From the NCBI RefSeq assembly GCF_001194135.2, contig NC_068988.1:1332284-1380771 (forward strand): a stretch of 48,488 nt of DNA, written 5' to 3'. Positions 10,986 to 22,760 of the stretch are shown here, one piece after another (the first letter of the stretch is position 1; each line of letters starts with the position of its first letter). The DNA is from Octopus bimaculoides (taxonomy: Eukaryota). Below the pieces are notes generated by a model, which made no database searches, had not been told where the DNA came from, and saw nothing but the letters and a program-made list of their open reading frames with translations. The position numbers were made by a program, and so were the translations under genes.

Positions 10986-12194
10986 TGTTGTTTAAAATGT
11001 CTAATTCAAATTCTGCGACAATAATGATTAACCCTAGGCTGACCCTTGATCAAAAACATTCCAGCTGAGACTGTCCTGACTTTGTAAGGGTTAGGGTTGA
11101 CCCTAACCCTAATAAGACTGCATTATTCAATGTGTGATTTGGGAAACTTGGCTGCTATTTCTAGTTGGTCAAGCAACTACATAGAGGGTCACTTATTGAT
11201 ATGTCATTGATTTATTTAAAATCATATTGGTGCAGTAAGTCAGTCTCTGGAGATCACTGTGTCAAGCCCTAGGACTCAGAGGGTCAGTTACCCTGTTTCT
11301 TTGGGTGGGGGTGGGGGGGTTAAAGTGATTGATATGACAACATACCCCCCCTCCACACACTCCTCCTGAATGGGATTCCAGTCTGTCTCAGGGTCACTCA
11401 TTTACAGCTGAAGCAAAGTGAAGTGGTTTGTGCTCAAGAACACAGTGACTCACCTAGCCAAGAAATAGAAACCTCGATCTTGCAATCATGAATGCAGCAC
11501 TTTAACCACCGGGTCCTGCACCTTTGTGGCACAGCGTGAACAATCAGAATTATAGACGTGTTCTGAAGTGACACGGCAACAATGTGCGTATGTTTAACTT
11601 GTATTCTTTTGGAGAAACTTATAAATGAAATATTCAACTGTCTTTTGTTAAAAATATATTGTTTCTGGAATTTTCTTTACCTAACTTGCAAAAGGAACAT
11701 TATTCCTTTAATTATGGTAAATTCTTAGTTCATTTATTGCCTCAAAATATAACAAAACTATTTCTCTGCAACATTCAATTGCTTTTGAACAGAGTCAGAA
11801 TCACTTTCTGAAATGTTTTGTGTTAAACGAATCTTTTGTACTTTGAATTGTACCATATTCTTCGGCACTTTGTATATCATAAAATTTTTATTATATTTTC
11901 TCATGTTATTTTAGAATCATTTCTAAAAGACATGCATTATTCTGCACTTACTGCATGTTAAGGACTGAATGTTCTTTGAAAAGATTGTTTGGCACTTAAA
12001 TCATTTTTTCTTCTTTCTTTTTTCGTGCCTGAAGAATAACAAACAGCTTAAGCAAGTTATTTCTTACAATCACTGCTTCGTTTCTTCAGGCAACCATTTC
12101 TCAAATCCTTCTCATTTTTTTTTTTTTTTAACTTTCTCTCAGCTTTTTCTCTTCTCCATCATTCTATGTCATTGGTTTCATCTCCCATTCCTCT

Positions 12195-12208
12195 TAAACA
12201 TCCTTGTT

Positions 12209-12269
<61 letters not shown>

Positions 12270-12275
12270 TCTAAA
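12195..12275. repeat. (CT)n microsatellite
   Basis: Direct reading. Confidence 0.95.
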
Positions 12276-12565
12276 TTCATGTTTTTTCTTTCTTTTCATC
12301 TCTTTAAACCTTATCCTCTTAGCTTTTTTATCAATATTTCTTTTAATTATTATCATTATTATTATTATTATTATTATTCAATGCCGAGGTGCCGGCTTCG
12401 CTATGTGGTTGAGAAGCTTGCTTCTGAGTCATGTGATCTCTGGTTCAGTCCCATTGTGCAGCACATTTGGCAAGTGTTTGCTATTATAGCCCTGGGCTGA
12501 CCAAAGCATTGTGGATGGATTTGGAAGACGAAAACTGCAAGAAGCTTCTTGTGTGTATGTGTGTG

Positions 12566-12605
<40 letters not shown>

Positions 12606-12990
12606 GTGCAGGCATGGCTGTGTGGTAAGAAGCTTGCTTTCCAACCACTTGGTTCCAGGTTCAGTTCCACTGCGTGGCACCTTGGGCAAGTGTCTGCTAC
12701 CATAGCCTCAAGCCGACCAAAGCATTGTTAGTGGATTTGGTAGACGGAAACTGAAAGAAGCCCATCATATATATATATGTTTGTGTGTCTGTGTTTGTCC
12801 TCCGTCCATCGCTTGACAACCGATGTTGGTGTGTTTACGATCCCGTAACCGAGCGGTTCAACAAAAGAGACTGATAGAATAAATACTAGGCTTACAAAGA
12901 ATAAGTCCTGGGGTCAATTTGTTTAACTAAAGGCGGTGCTCCAGCATGGCCGCAGTCAAATGACTGAAACAAATAAAAGAAAAAGAAAAC
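12606..12990 (+). mobile_element. Full-length tRNA/CORE-type SINE family A
   Basis: GCAGGCATGGCTGTGTGGTAAG (A-box), GGTTCAGTTCC (B-box), CCTTGGGCAAGTGTC core-like segment, TA/TG spacer, GCTCCAGCATGGCCGCAGTCAAATGACTGAAAC tail; a head-only copy lies upstream at 12385-12545. Confidence 0.85.
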
Positions 12991-14054
12991 AATAAAATGT
13001 ATATATACACACACACACACACACACACAAACGCATGTAGTGTGTCTGTGTTCCTTCTTGTCTTCACATTGTGATAGTTGTAAATGAGTGTCACTGTCAT
13101 ACAAGTGGGGTTGTTTATTTCCTTTTGTCTGTTTAACTATAGGAAGATATTACCTTGCTTGGAAACAGGTGAGTGTTGGTGACAGGAAAGGCTTCCATCC
13201 ATAAAAAATCTGCCTCAACAAATTTCCCTCTGACCCATGCAGGTATGGAAAACTGGTTGTTAAAACAGCAACAATAAGGAACGTCTAATTTATCCCCCCC
13301 CCACCACTTATTTGACTTAATCTTTTCTCTCCACCTCCCCGCCACACCAATCAAAATAATGTTTATTTTTCTTTATTTCTTTTTAATTTTTTATTTATTT
13401 TTTAATTTCTATTCCAATTTAACTTCTCTCCCACTTTTATTCTCTCCTCTATAATTAATTTATTTCTTCATTATATATCTTTTTTTTCTTCTACCTGATC
13501 TATCTTTGTCCAACTGTCAGCTTCTTCTCTTTCTCTCCCCTTCTCTTTCTCTCCCCTTTTCTTTCTTTAATATTTTCTCCTCCTCATTTCTCATCAGTAA
13601 ACTTTTCTCTGAGGTAGAAGCAGAATTCTCTATTTTCTCTTCTATTCCTTCTTCCTGCTCTTTCACCCGTTTTCTATCTTCCTTACCTGGCCTTATCCTC
13701 TCAACTCCCACAATTTGTCAATTCTACATTGGCGCCACTCGCATTTTCTCTTTTTCCTTTCCAGTTTGAAAATAATAATTACTTTTTGCACCATAAAACG
13801 GTTGGTTACACTTTAGTCATTAATAGTAATGTTATTGATTACATTTGTCTTGGAAAACTTCCCATCTGATCTAGACACACCAGTTCTTTAGTTTGAAGTC
13901 ATATTGCTAGCTTTATCAATAGGGTTAGAATTAGAAATAAAATTTTATCACCAATATTAATGTCTCAGTTGATTTTTAATGGAAAATGCTTTTAGTGATT
14001 CATTTCAGTTATATGGCGTTTACAGGACTTGGTCCTCTTAACTCTTTTCAGTTT

Positions 14055-14167
14055 GTTCTATATTGATGAGGAATTCTGTACATTATTTACGTTATTTACA
14101 ATGGACGGATATGTGTCCTCATCTTGTTTGTTGTTACCACAGCGTTTCAGCTGATTTACTCTCCAGC
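14055..14167 (-). mobile_element. 3' tail fragment of the hammerhead-bearing SINE (copy C)
   Basis: Minus strand GCTG-GAGAGTAAAT-CAGCT-GAAACGCT-GTGGT-AACAACAAACAAGATGAGGAC..., matching 41311-41424. Confidence 0.75.
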
Positions 14168-14169
14168 AG

Positions 14170-14800
14170 CCACCTTTTCTTTTTTCTGCTCCAGGGCCTT
14201 ACCACGGCCCTGGGGACATTTCCTCCTGATATGGCTGGTCTCCAGGCACAGGTGACACTTAAGGGGGGGGGGCGTGCCTCAAGTATTACTGGGTACCTGA
14301 ACCTGGCCATTTTTAAAAAGTCAAGAAAACCATGTCCCCCACGGCCACTGGGATCTACAGGGTCAAAGTTGCCTTTGACTCCTCCCAGTCGACCGCGGGA
14401 GCCATGGATACATTTAATAGCCCAGGCCCGCTATCCCCCAGGTCACACTGGATGGTATCTTCGGTCCATCCAGCCTCCTTGCCCGGGGGCAGCCTGCACA
14501 CCCAGAATCTCACAACCCTCCTCCCAAAATAAGAGAGGAGGAACAAAATTTCTTCCCCCTCAAGGGGCCTTCCGGCAAATGAGTTTACCTCCTCGAGGGT
14601 ACCAAATAGCAACCAGACCGTTGCAAATTTGGTCCCCCGAGCAATAGATTTGACAGTTGGCAGATATTCTGCCAACTCTTTTTCTATAATGTCTCTTTTA
14701 AATTGAACGATGGCGCTGAGTGACCTAGAATAGGTCCTCAGCGCCACCGTTCTATTATTAAAGTCTTTTAACCACTCCTTGGGTGAGACAACCTCCCACT
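14170..14800 (-). mobile_element. Decayed LINE ORF1 (gag-like, probably L1/Tx1) with CCHC zinc knuckle
   Basis: 130-codon frame 14355-14747 (AIVQFKRDIIEKELAEYL...FGRRVVRFWVCRLPP); after stops and a frameshift, CHLCLETSHIRRKC (C-X2-C-X4-H-X4-C) at 14216-14257; GC-rich relative to flanks. Confidence 0.7.
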
Positions 14801-15437
14801 CCTGAAGCTTCTTACCACACAGCCATTCCTGTTAGTAAGTTCTTAAACACTTAGACCAAAATTCTTTAATATGCAACCATCATATTCTGACTTTATCATC
14901 GTTACGGAATGTAGATTGATAGACAAATGCAATTAAGATGGTAGATTTAAGTGTCTTATACCCAATGATACGAAATGACTGGGTGTATAGTGGTTTTAGA
15001 ATAGGACATGTATTGTTGCATGTTGTAAAAGATAAAAGGTTTGGCATTTCGTAGGGCATCTGGTCATAAAAGAGTGAACAAAAATGATGGGAGGAAAGGA
15101 AAGAGAATCAGTGATGAAACCTATCTTTCTGCATTTCGAGTAAGCCCTGAGTATTGTATATAAACCTCTCTGAGTCTGTATTGCCATAAAATGCCCTCCT
15201 TTTTTTCTTTTTGGGTGTTTGGCATCACGTGTTGTCTGGTTTAAGACCTTCCCTTGACACTGGGTACTGTTAGCAGAATTCATTCTGGTACAAGAATACT
15301 GGCATGGCATTTGGCTGGTTTTTATCAGGATCACCTGAGGTGTCTATTCTTATAACACTTTTCTTTTAAGTGGTGTCACATTTTGTCAGTGGGTACATAT
15401 GTAAATACACACATACATACATGTCTTTTTATACACC

Positions 15438-15438
15438 C

Positions 15439-15472
<34 letters not shown>

Positions 15473-15487
15473 TTCTCTCTCTCTCTT

Positions 15488-15518
<31 letters not shown>

Positions 15519-15521
15519 CTT

Positions 15522-15552
<31 letters not shown>
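15438..15552. repeat. (CT)n/(CTTT) microsatellite followed by TA/CA-rich simple repeats
   Basis: Direct reading. Confidence 0.95.
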
Positions 15553-15820
15553 ATGTATATACTCACGCATACGTCTCACTCTCATATATATAATTGTACT
15601 TGTATACATACATTTCTCTCTCTATATATGTACACACACATATACATACATGTCTCTGTGTATGTATGTGTGTATATATATATATGTATATATACACACA
15701 CACATATATATGCAGACACACACACAGCTATATGTATAAATATATCCATATGCATATATACAGATGTGCATGTAGACATATGTGAACATAGTGCAATGAA
15801 CACATACAAACGTACATATG

Positions 15821-16720
15821 CGAGGTGGTATCAAATAGTTTCCTAACTAAATCTGTAGTGTGCCAACAGATGGCAGCACATGGTTGTGTGAGCAGTGAGA
15901 GCCAGCAGTGGTCTTCATGAGGGGCAGTATGTTGAGTGACATCGCTGTGTTTTCTTTACCAGTTGTGAAATTTGTGTTTTTGTCATTGCATGTATGTTGT
16001 AGTCTGCAATTTTGTCATGGACAGGAAGCTGGAACAAAGAGCCAACGTGGAACTTTACATTAAACCTGGGAAGCTTGTTGTAAAATTAACGTCATCAGTG
16101 ATGAGGGTTGGGTCTACAGGTATGACCCTGAGATGAAGCAGCAGTTGTTTCAATGGAAGAGCCTTTCATCTTTACAACTGAAGAAGGCATGACAGAACCG
16201 CAGTTCAAGAGCTCATCATTTTTGTTTTGACATCTGCAGCATCGTGCATCAAGAATTCATCCCCCAGGGCCAGACCATCAATCGAGACTTCTACTTCGAC
16301 ATTTTAAAGTGTTTGAGGGAGGATATTTGGTGAAAGGAACCAGATCTGTGGAGCATGAAGAATCAGATTCTTCACCAAGATCTTCTTACTTGTGAGTGTC
16401 TTGCCAAAAACATGGCATTGCTTCTGCCCTGTTTGCCAGATTTAGCACCTGTGGACTTCCATCTCTTCCCCAAGGTGAAAAGGCAGCTCAAACGTCTCCA
16501 TTTTAACACTGTTGTTGAGATTAAGAGCGAATTGCAGAACGTCCTCTACACACTTATGGAAAATGACTTCCAGGTTGGATTCCAAAAGTGGTAGGAATGC
16601 TGGCACAAGTGCATTGCTGTGCAAGGTGACTATTTCGAAAGAGATGATGTTATAACTTGGGTTAATAATAAATTTTTTATAGAAACATAACTAGTCCAGA
16701 AACTTTTTTGTACCACCTTG
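15821..16720 (+). mobile_element. Mariner DNA transposon, internally deleted, transposase pseudogene
   Basis: TIRs CGAGGTGGTATCAAATAGTTTCCTAACTA and rc(CTAGTCCAGAAACTTTTTTGTACCACCTTG), TA at right flank; MDRKLEQRANV..., DEGWVYRYDPEMKQQ, VHQEFIPQGQTIN, PDLAPVDFHLFPKVK, QKW*ECWHKCIAVQGDYFE. Confidence 0.92.
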
Positions 16721-17136
16721 TATGTAAATATATTAGCAAAACCAGACACACATGCGTGCAAAAAACGTCTGCATATAAACATACAGCTATATATATATAT
16801 ATAAGTGCAGAGACACGTCTTTGCAGACACCCTGTACACACATACATATATACACAGGGAAGGGGAAACTGGCATAAATTCATGCTGTGTAGAAATAGAT
16901 AAAAATGAAATTGGAGCCTCATAAATTTATAATGCAATTTGTAGATTGTGTTCGTTATTGCAGTTGTTATTGATGGTTGTACCTTTTTTAAGACTCTTGA
17001 TATGCATATGCACACATGCACAAGTGCATACGGACACGTGTGTGTATAAGTATGTACACATACACATGTGCATATATACACGATTTTTAATGTTAAGATA
17101 TCCATACTGTATAGTCTTTACTGACATCTTCATCAA

Positions 17137-17179
<43 letters not shown>

Positions 17180-17391
17180 GCATATATACAAATACATGCC
17201 AACTTGCATATATATGCATGGAATATGCACATTTATACACATGCACATATCTATATACCTACAAATACAAGTACACAGACACATCTCTATAATCATGTGA
17301 GCACACACACACACACGCATACATATATTTGTATTTACGTGTATACATATGTATATGGACATGTGCATAGACATGTGTGTACATACATATA

Positions 17392-17471
17392 TAAGGTGTG
17401 GCAAAAAAACTCCTCCTAAATTTTCTATTCTTGATAAATGAGAATCTGGGAATTTTTTTGACTACCCTCTA
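17392..17471. mobile_element. Tiny Tc1/mariner-like MITE
   Basis: Imperfect ~24-bp terminal inverted repeats (TAAGGTGTGGCAAAAAAACTCC versus rc TAGAGGGTAGTCAAAAAAATTCCC), TA ends. Confidence 0.4.
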
Positions 17472-18249
17472 CCTGTATGTATGTATGTGTGCATGTGTGT
17501 GCACAAATTTATATATATAGAACAGAGAGCAGTTGTCATATTCCCTTGTGTATCAGCTAACTCTGATGAGCATAAAGTTATATAATCAGTTTGTTACCTA
17601 ACACTCCATTGTGAGTGGATTTAGTAGATGGAAAACAGTGAAGTTTACTCAAAGTGGAAATTCTGTCTATATGTATGTTTATGTATGAGCATGTTTGCAT
17701 GTTTGTATCTACATTTGTATAAAATAAGAACACAACTGGGTTAAAAGTCCACTACTTTTTAGTATAACATGTTTTATATCCTTGTATTGGATATATGATA
17801 TAATGAAGTAGTGGTGGTGGGGAGAAAGTATTTACACGATGCACTATTACAAAAGACTCAACGCTCCCTACCACAGCTCACAGTGAACTGCTTACCAACC
17901 CAAACTGCCAATCGCTCACATTTCTTTATAACAGTGAGTCAGTCTACCTTTAGTCACTTGAGGGATGGTTGGAATCCTTCCACAACAATGTGATATGTAC
18001 GGATGTGAATGATACCTTTTGTATGTCAGTGATACTCATTTTCAAACTACACAAACATATATATAGATACACATCAGGCCTTTTTCAGTTTCTGTCTACA
18101 ACATCCACTTATAAGGTTTTGGTCAGCTCAGAGCTCCAGAAATCAAATGCCCAATGTGCTGGTCAGAGGGACTGAACCAAAATCCATGTGGTTGGGAAGT
18201 TAATTCTTTAATCACACAGCCATACCCACTGTGTGTGTGTGTGTGTGTG

Positions 18250-18510
18250 TGTGTGATCATCATCCTCATCATTTAACGTCCATTGTCCATGCTGGCATGG
18301 GTTGAATGGTTTGACCAGGGCTGGCACAGTGGAAGGCTGCACCAGACTCCAGTCTGATTTGGCATGGCTTCTGTGGCTGGATGTCCTTCCTAATGCCAAC
18401 CACTCCGAGAGTGTAATGGGTGCTTTTACGTGCCACTGACACGGGTGCCCTTTGCATGATAGAAACGTGCTTTTACATGCCAGTGGCACAGGTGCCATTT
18501 GTGTGATACT
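18250..18510 (-). mobile_element. RTE 3' UTR-type element
   Basis: (CAT)n-TTTAACGTCC...CCATGCTGGCATGGGTTG...GGATGTCCTTCCTAATGCCAACCACTCC...; two GTGCTTTTAC(A/G)TGCCA repeats. Confidence 0.7.
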
Positions 18511-18846
18511 GGGATGCATTTGTATGTATGTATGTATGTATGTATATTTGTGCTTATTTGTCTGTGTGTATGCTTGTTTGTATGTATGTATATATATGTG
18601 TGTGTGCATGTGTTTGTGTGTATGCATGTTTAAATAAAATAAGAACACAAATGTGTCAAACTCCACTACAGCTGTTTCAAACATGTTTTTTATTAATGAA
18701 TAATTTGATTACATCATGAAAAAAAAAACACATTTTCTTCAGATGAATTAAAAATTTGAAATGAGAAAAATACCAAAGAGTGGAATGTGGAATGACCCTC
18801 TCATTTTGGCATCAACAAAGAGTCATGTTCGTACATATACATGTAT

Positions 18847-18886
<40 letters not shown>

Positions 18887-20269
18887 CATGAGGTGAGTCG
18901 GTAGAATTGTTAGTACAGGGGTGGGTGGGGCAAATGCTTCATGACATTTTTTTTCTTTTACTTTCTGTTATGAGTTCAAAAGCTGCTGGGGTCAACTTTA
19001 CCCTTCATCCTTTCGAGAGTGATAAAATAAATACCAGTTGAACACTTGGGGTCAGTGTAACCAATTCTGAAATTGCTGGCCCCTGGTGCCAAAATTTTAA
19101 ACCAATAAATACATACAATATATATATATATATATATATATATACTGAATAGGGCACAGAAAGTGTGTCAATAGGCAGCTACAGGAGGTGTCCTCCTGGG
19201 GCTACAAGCTACAGTAGCATCCACCCTTAGCAGTTAGCCACATTTTAGTGGTAAATATACTTCACGTTGTCGTGCAGCTACTGTTTATACCTCGTTCAGA
19301 GATTTATTATTACTTATATATATATATATATATATATCCACATNNNNNNNNNNNNNNNNNNNNNNNNNNNNNNNNNNNNNNNNNNNNNNNNNNNNNNNNN
19401 NNNNNNNNNNNNNNNNNNNNNNNNNNNNNNNNNNNNNNNNNNNNNNNNNNNNNATATATATATTATATAATATAATTTGTACGTTCATTGGAAAGCACTG
19501 TTACTTTTATTCCTGCTGAACCAGTAACAGATGTCGCTGTATGCTCGTTTATTCACGACTGAACCGATTCTACCGTTTCGTTTTGATTGCATCTGCCTGA
19601 TTGTACTACGTCTGTAATTCCCTTTGAAAGGATCCTCGCCGCCACAACCCCTGACTTCGTACCTCTGTAAATACAATTATATCATCAGAACGACAACAAT
19701 GCAACCGAGCAAAAATGGTAGTGAACCAGTCTAGATTAGTTGCTGCTTTGCATTAAATGAACTTCAGTTTTGAGTTCAAATCACTTTAGCATTGACTTTC
19801 TTCGACTCTGTCGATATATTTGCGTTTAATAAGTAAAGTATTCTCTACTCTTTCACATATTCTTCGTTCGTTAAAAGCATTTCTAGATCTAATCTTTCAT
19901 TGGCTTCTACAGTTATTTTCTTAATTTAATGTGTGATGTGCTACTTCTAATATAGTACACATGTATGTGTGACGGGGTATGTTTTGCCTATGTTGTGTGT
20001 TTGGCGTCTATTTCTGGTTAGAACTAGGTGGTATTCCTGCAGAATAGAGACAGCAATGATCTTGTGCGCCAAAAAAACTACATTTTCTTTCAGTGTGTTG
20101 TTTTACACATCGTAGATTACGATTGAAAAACAATTTGAAGCTCCTTCTTTTCTCTAATTTTTTAGTGTTTATATATTTTCAAGAATTTTTCTTTAGGTTT
20201 ATGTTACGCATATTTTCGAAGAATCGGGTAGGGAAAAATTCAAAAGAATGTAAAAATTGAAAAATTAAG

Positions 20270-20860
20270 GAAAGCGGGTTGGCCAAAATCATCGCCACCC
20301 TTCTGCTTTTTTGTTTCTCGTAGAATCGTCATCTATGATGTTTAAAACATATGCATAAAAAAAAAATTAGCCTTTTGGCACGCGAAATTATTTCCGACGC
20401 TCTTGTACAGGATCGCCGAAAGTCGGGCTTACTCACGCGCGCGTGAGCTCATCTTTACTGTCAGTGCGCGGAAGCTGTAGTCGAGGACGCTACTATAGTA
20501 GCTCCCACCACGCATTCTGAACCTCTTCCCGTCACCATCGCGGAAACCGCCGGTAACTACACAACAGTATACTCTTACTACTCCTCCCCTGTTATGGTAC
20601 GGTCTTAACCATTAGGAGGCCCGGCTTCTGCTGCTGAAGTTAACGACATTATTGCTGCTTCTGGTGCTGCTGCTGTTGCAGCGCCTGGTATTGTCTATTA
20701 TTATTATTATTATTATTATTATTAGTGCTGCTGTAGTTCCTTAAGTCAACGATATTGCTGCTGCGGTTCCTGAAGTTAAAGACACTGCTGCTGCTGCGAC
20801 GGTGACTCCCGGAGTTAACGGTATTGCTGCAGCCGCTGTTGCTGCTGCTGTTGTAAACGA
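20270..20860. promoter_or_regulatory. CpG-rich island, likely promoter/5' end of a gene
   Basis: Dense unmutated CG dinucleotides (CACGCGCGCGTG, GTGCGCGG, CATCGCGGAAACCGCCGG) in a CpG-poor AT-rich window. Confidence 0.6.
20437..20515 (-). CDS. Putative first coding segment (MRGGSYYSSVLDYSFRALTVKMSSRA, phase 1) of an unidentified gene; host exon would be 20437-21071
   Basis: Minus-strand acceptor TTTTTTTCTCTTTCTTTTTTGACAG at 21072 and donor GTGAGT at 20436; in-frame stop upstream of the ATG; no compatible downstream exon found. Confidence 0.3.
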
Positions 20861-21070
20861 TATTCCTGTTGCTGCTGTTGATAGTATTACTACTGCTGCT
20901 GCTGCTGCTGCTGCTGTTGGTATTGCTAATGTTATTGCTGCTGCTGTTTAGGATATTGCTACTGCTGCTGTTGTTGCTGCTGCTGTTGTTTCTCTGTGCA
21001 GTACCAGAGTTGAAGCAGCTTCTTCATCTTCACTGCTGTCCACCAGGAAGTAGGTGTCATCCTGCTGCTA
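20620..21070. repeat. Compound (GCT/GTT)n plus (ATT)n trinucleotide region with degenerate GTTAACGAYATTGCTGCT units
   Basis: Direct reading; about 7 in-phase degenerate units. Confidence 0.9.
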
Positions 21071-22167
21071 CCTGTCAAAAAAGAAAGAGAAAAAAAGCAT
21101 GTAGAAAGGAAACTACTTCTCAAACGAAACCTCCCAGCTTATCTCTGCTTTCTTATCTTTGAGAAACAAACAAAACCACACGGAAATAACAATCGTCATT
21201 ATTGCTGCTGTTACCTAGTTCCCACCTTCCAACCCTTGATTAATTAATTTTCTTTAATTAGGCGCCTTGCTATTACCTGAAACATGACAGGGTTACAGAA
21301 CGATACAACCCTGTCGCGGTCTGGCTTTTTACAAGTTTAGGGTGTTTAAATTGGAAATGACGGATATTATTATATTGTCGGATGTTGTACAATATTTTCT
21401 GGAAACCTTCACAACTGAGCGGAATCTTATAACTTCACATTTCTATTGCACTCGAAGATAAATATTTCCAATTATGGGACTACGGCCCGGGATAGATGGG
21501 TCAGACGTCTGCAACAAGCAAATGTACCGGCCTAAACAGAAAAGATTGTTATTCTGATCTTGTTTTAAGAGGAGAAGAATTACAAAATAATAAAAAAAAA
21601 AACTCAACATAATTTGGTTAATTCCTAACAATGTGAGAATTTCGGGAGAAATAAGTATATAGGGAGAGAGAGAGAGAGAAAAAGGGCCAAAGTAGGATGA
21701 GGAAGAGATGAATTAAGAATAGGTTCAACGGAAGGAAACAGCCAAAGAAAGGTTGGAACAATGACATTGGTAAACTCTTAAAATGGCACTACTACACCAT
21801 CATCTCCCTCAAAGATTTCACAACTTCAGGACAGGTTCCACGACAATCTCATTCTTCCGCAATTTCGTCGATCTCTTTCATTTATTCATTTACGATTAAA
21901 TTCTTCATTTTTTTCTTTTTTGATAATGGAATGATGAATGACAATTCATACATGCAATTAAAACTCCAGACACCGTTGTAACTTATATATATATATATAT
22001 ATATAATATATCCCCTTATATATTAGCTGATATTACTCAGAGTATCAGGCTTGGCAAAATTGCAAATTGGAGTAACTAAATAAATAAACCACATGTATTG
22101 AATACATTCTTCTCTTTCGTGTATACACTCCAACATCATTATATATATTATATATTGGCTGTGTATA

Positions 22168-22204
<37 letters not shown>

Positions 22205-22214
22205 NNNNNNNNNN

Positions 22215-22257
<43 letters not shown>

Positions 22258-22678
22258 TGTAATGTAGGTGAATATGTTACATAAATGATATTCAAAGAGT
22301 CTTTATTCAATAAAACATGACATGACACAGGGCCTGACATAATATATTCCAGTCGTCACATTTCTTGTTGACAAAACTGGGAATTATGCCTGTTTTGTTG
22401 TTTCCTAATTTTTTTAATTTCGGGCACTTCTTAACCTCTCTGATCGATAACTACTCAAGTGTTATATTTAAGGGATCACTAAATTAGATAATCTATAGAG
22501 TTTACGAAAACCGAACCTTTCTTACGATTTAATTCAAAGGTTTCAAAAGGAATTTAATTAGAACTGGGATCTTACCGTTTCTGTCCCTTTCCACAGTCAC
22601 ACATTATATTTATTTATCTGATACTCTTTAACCTCAAAAGACAAATTCAAGCTTTGGAATAACAAATAATTTGCCATC

Positions 22679-22760
22679 ATGACGGAGTGCTTGGCTTATA
22701 ACCCGCAAAATAACTTTGCGTCAGTTATTGAAAATATTAACAGAGAACTTAGAGAAAAAG
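22679..22760 (+). CDS. Putative first coding exon MTECLAYNPQNNFASVIENINRELREK (phase 1), unknown product
   Basis: Acceptor TTTCTGTCCCTTTCCACAG at 22596, CCATCATG start, strong donor AAG|GTAAGT at 22761; unique sequence. Confidence 0.45.

Noticed and set aside
15055-15139. Plus-strand exon candidate ASGHKRVNKNDGRKGKRISDETYLSAFR
   Set aside because: Isolated, no partner exons or recognisable motif
15370-17420. Many HTHT/CVCV/YIYI/SLSL ORFs here and throughout the window
   Set aside because: Translations of dinucleotide microsatellites, with no coding signal
19485-19676. CpG-containing 63-codon minus-strand ORF downstream of the 20437 donor
   Set aside because: The frame compatible with the phase-1 donor stops after 19 codons; cannot be linked
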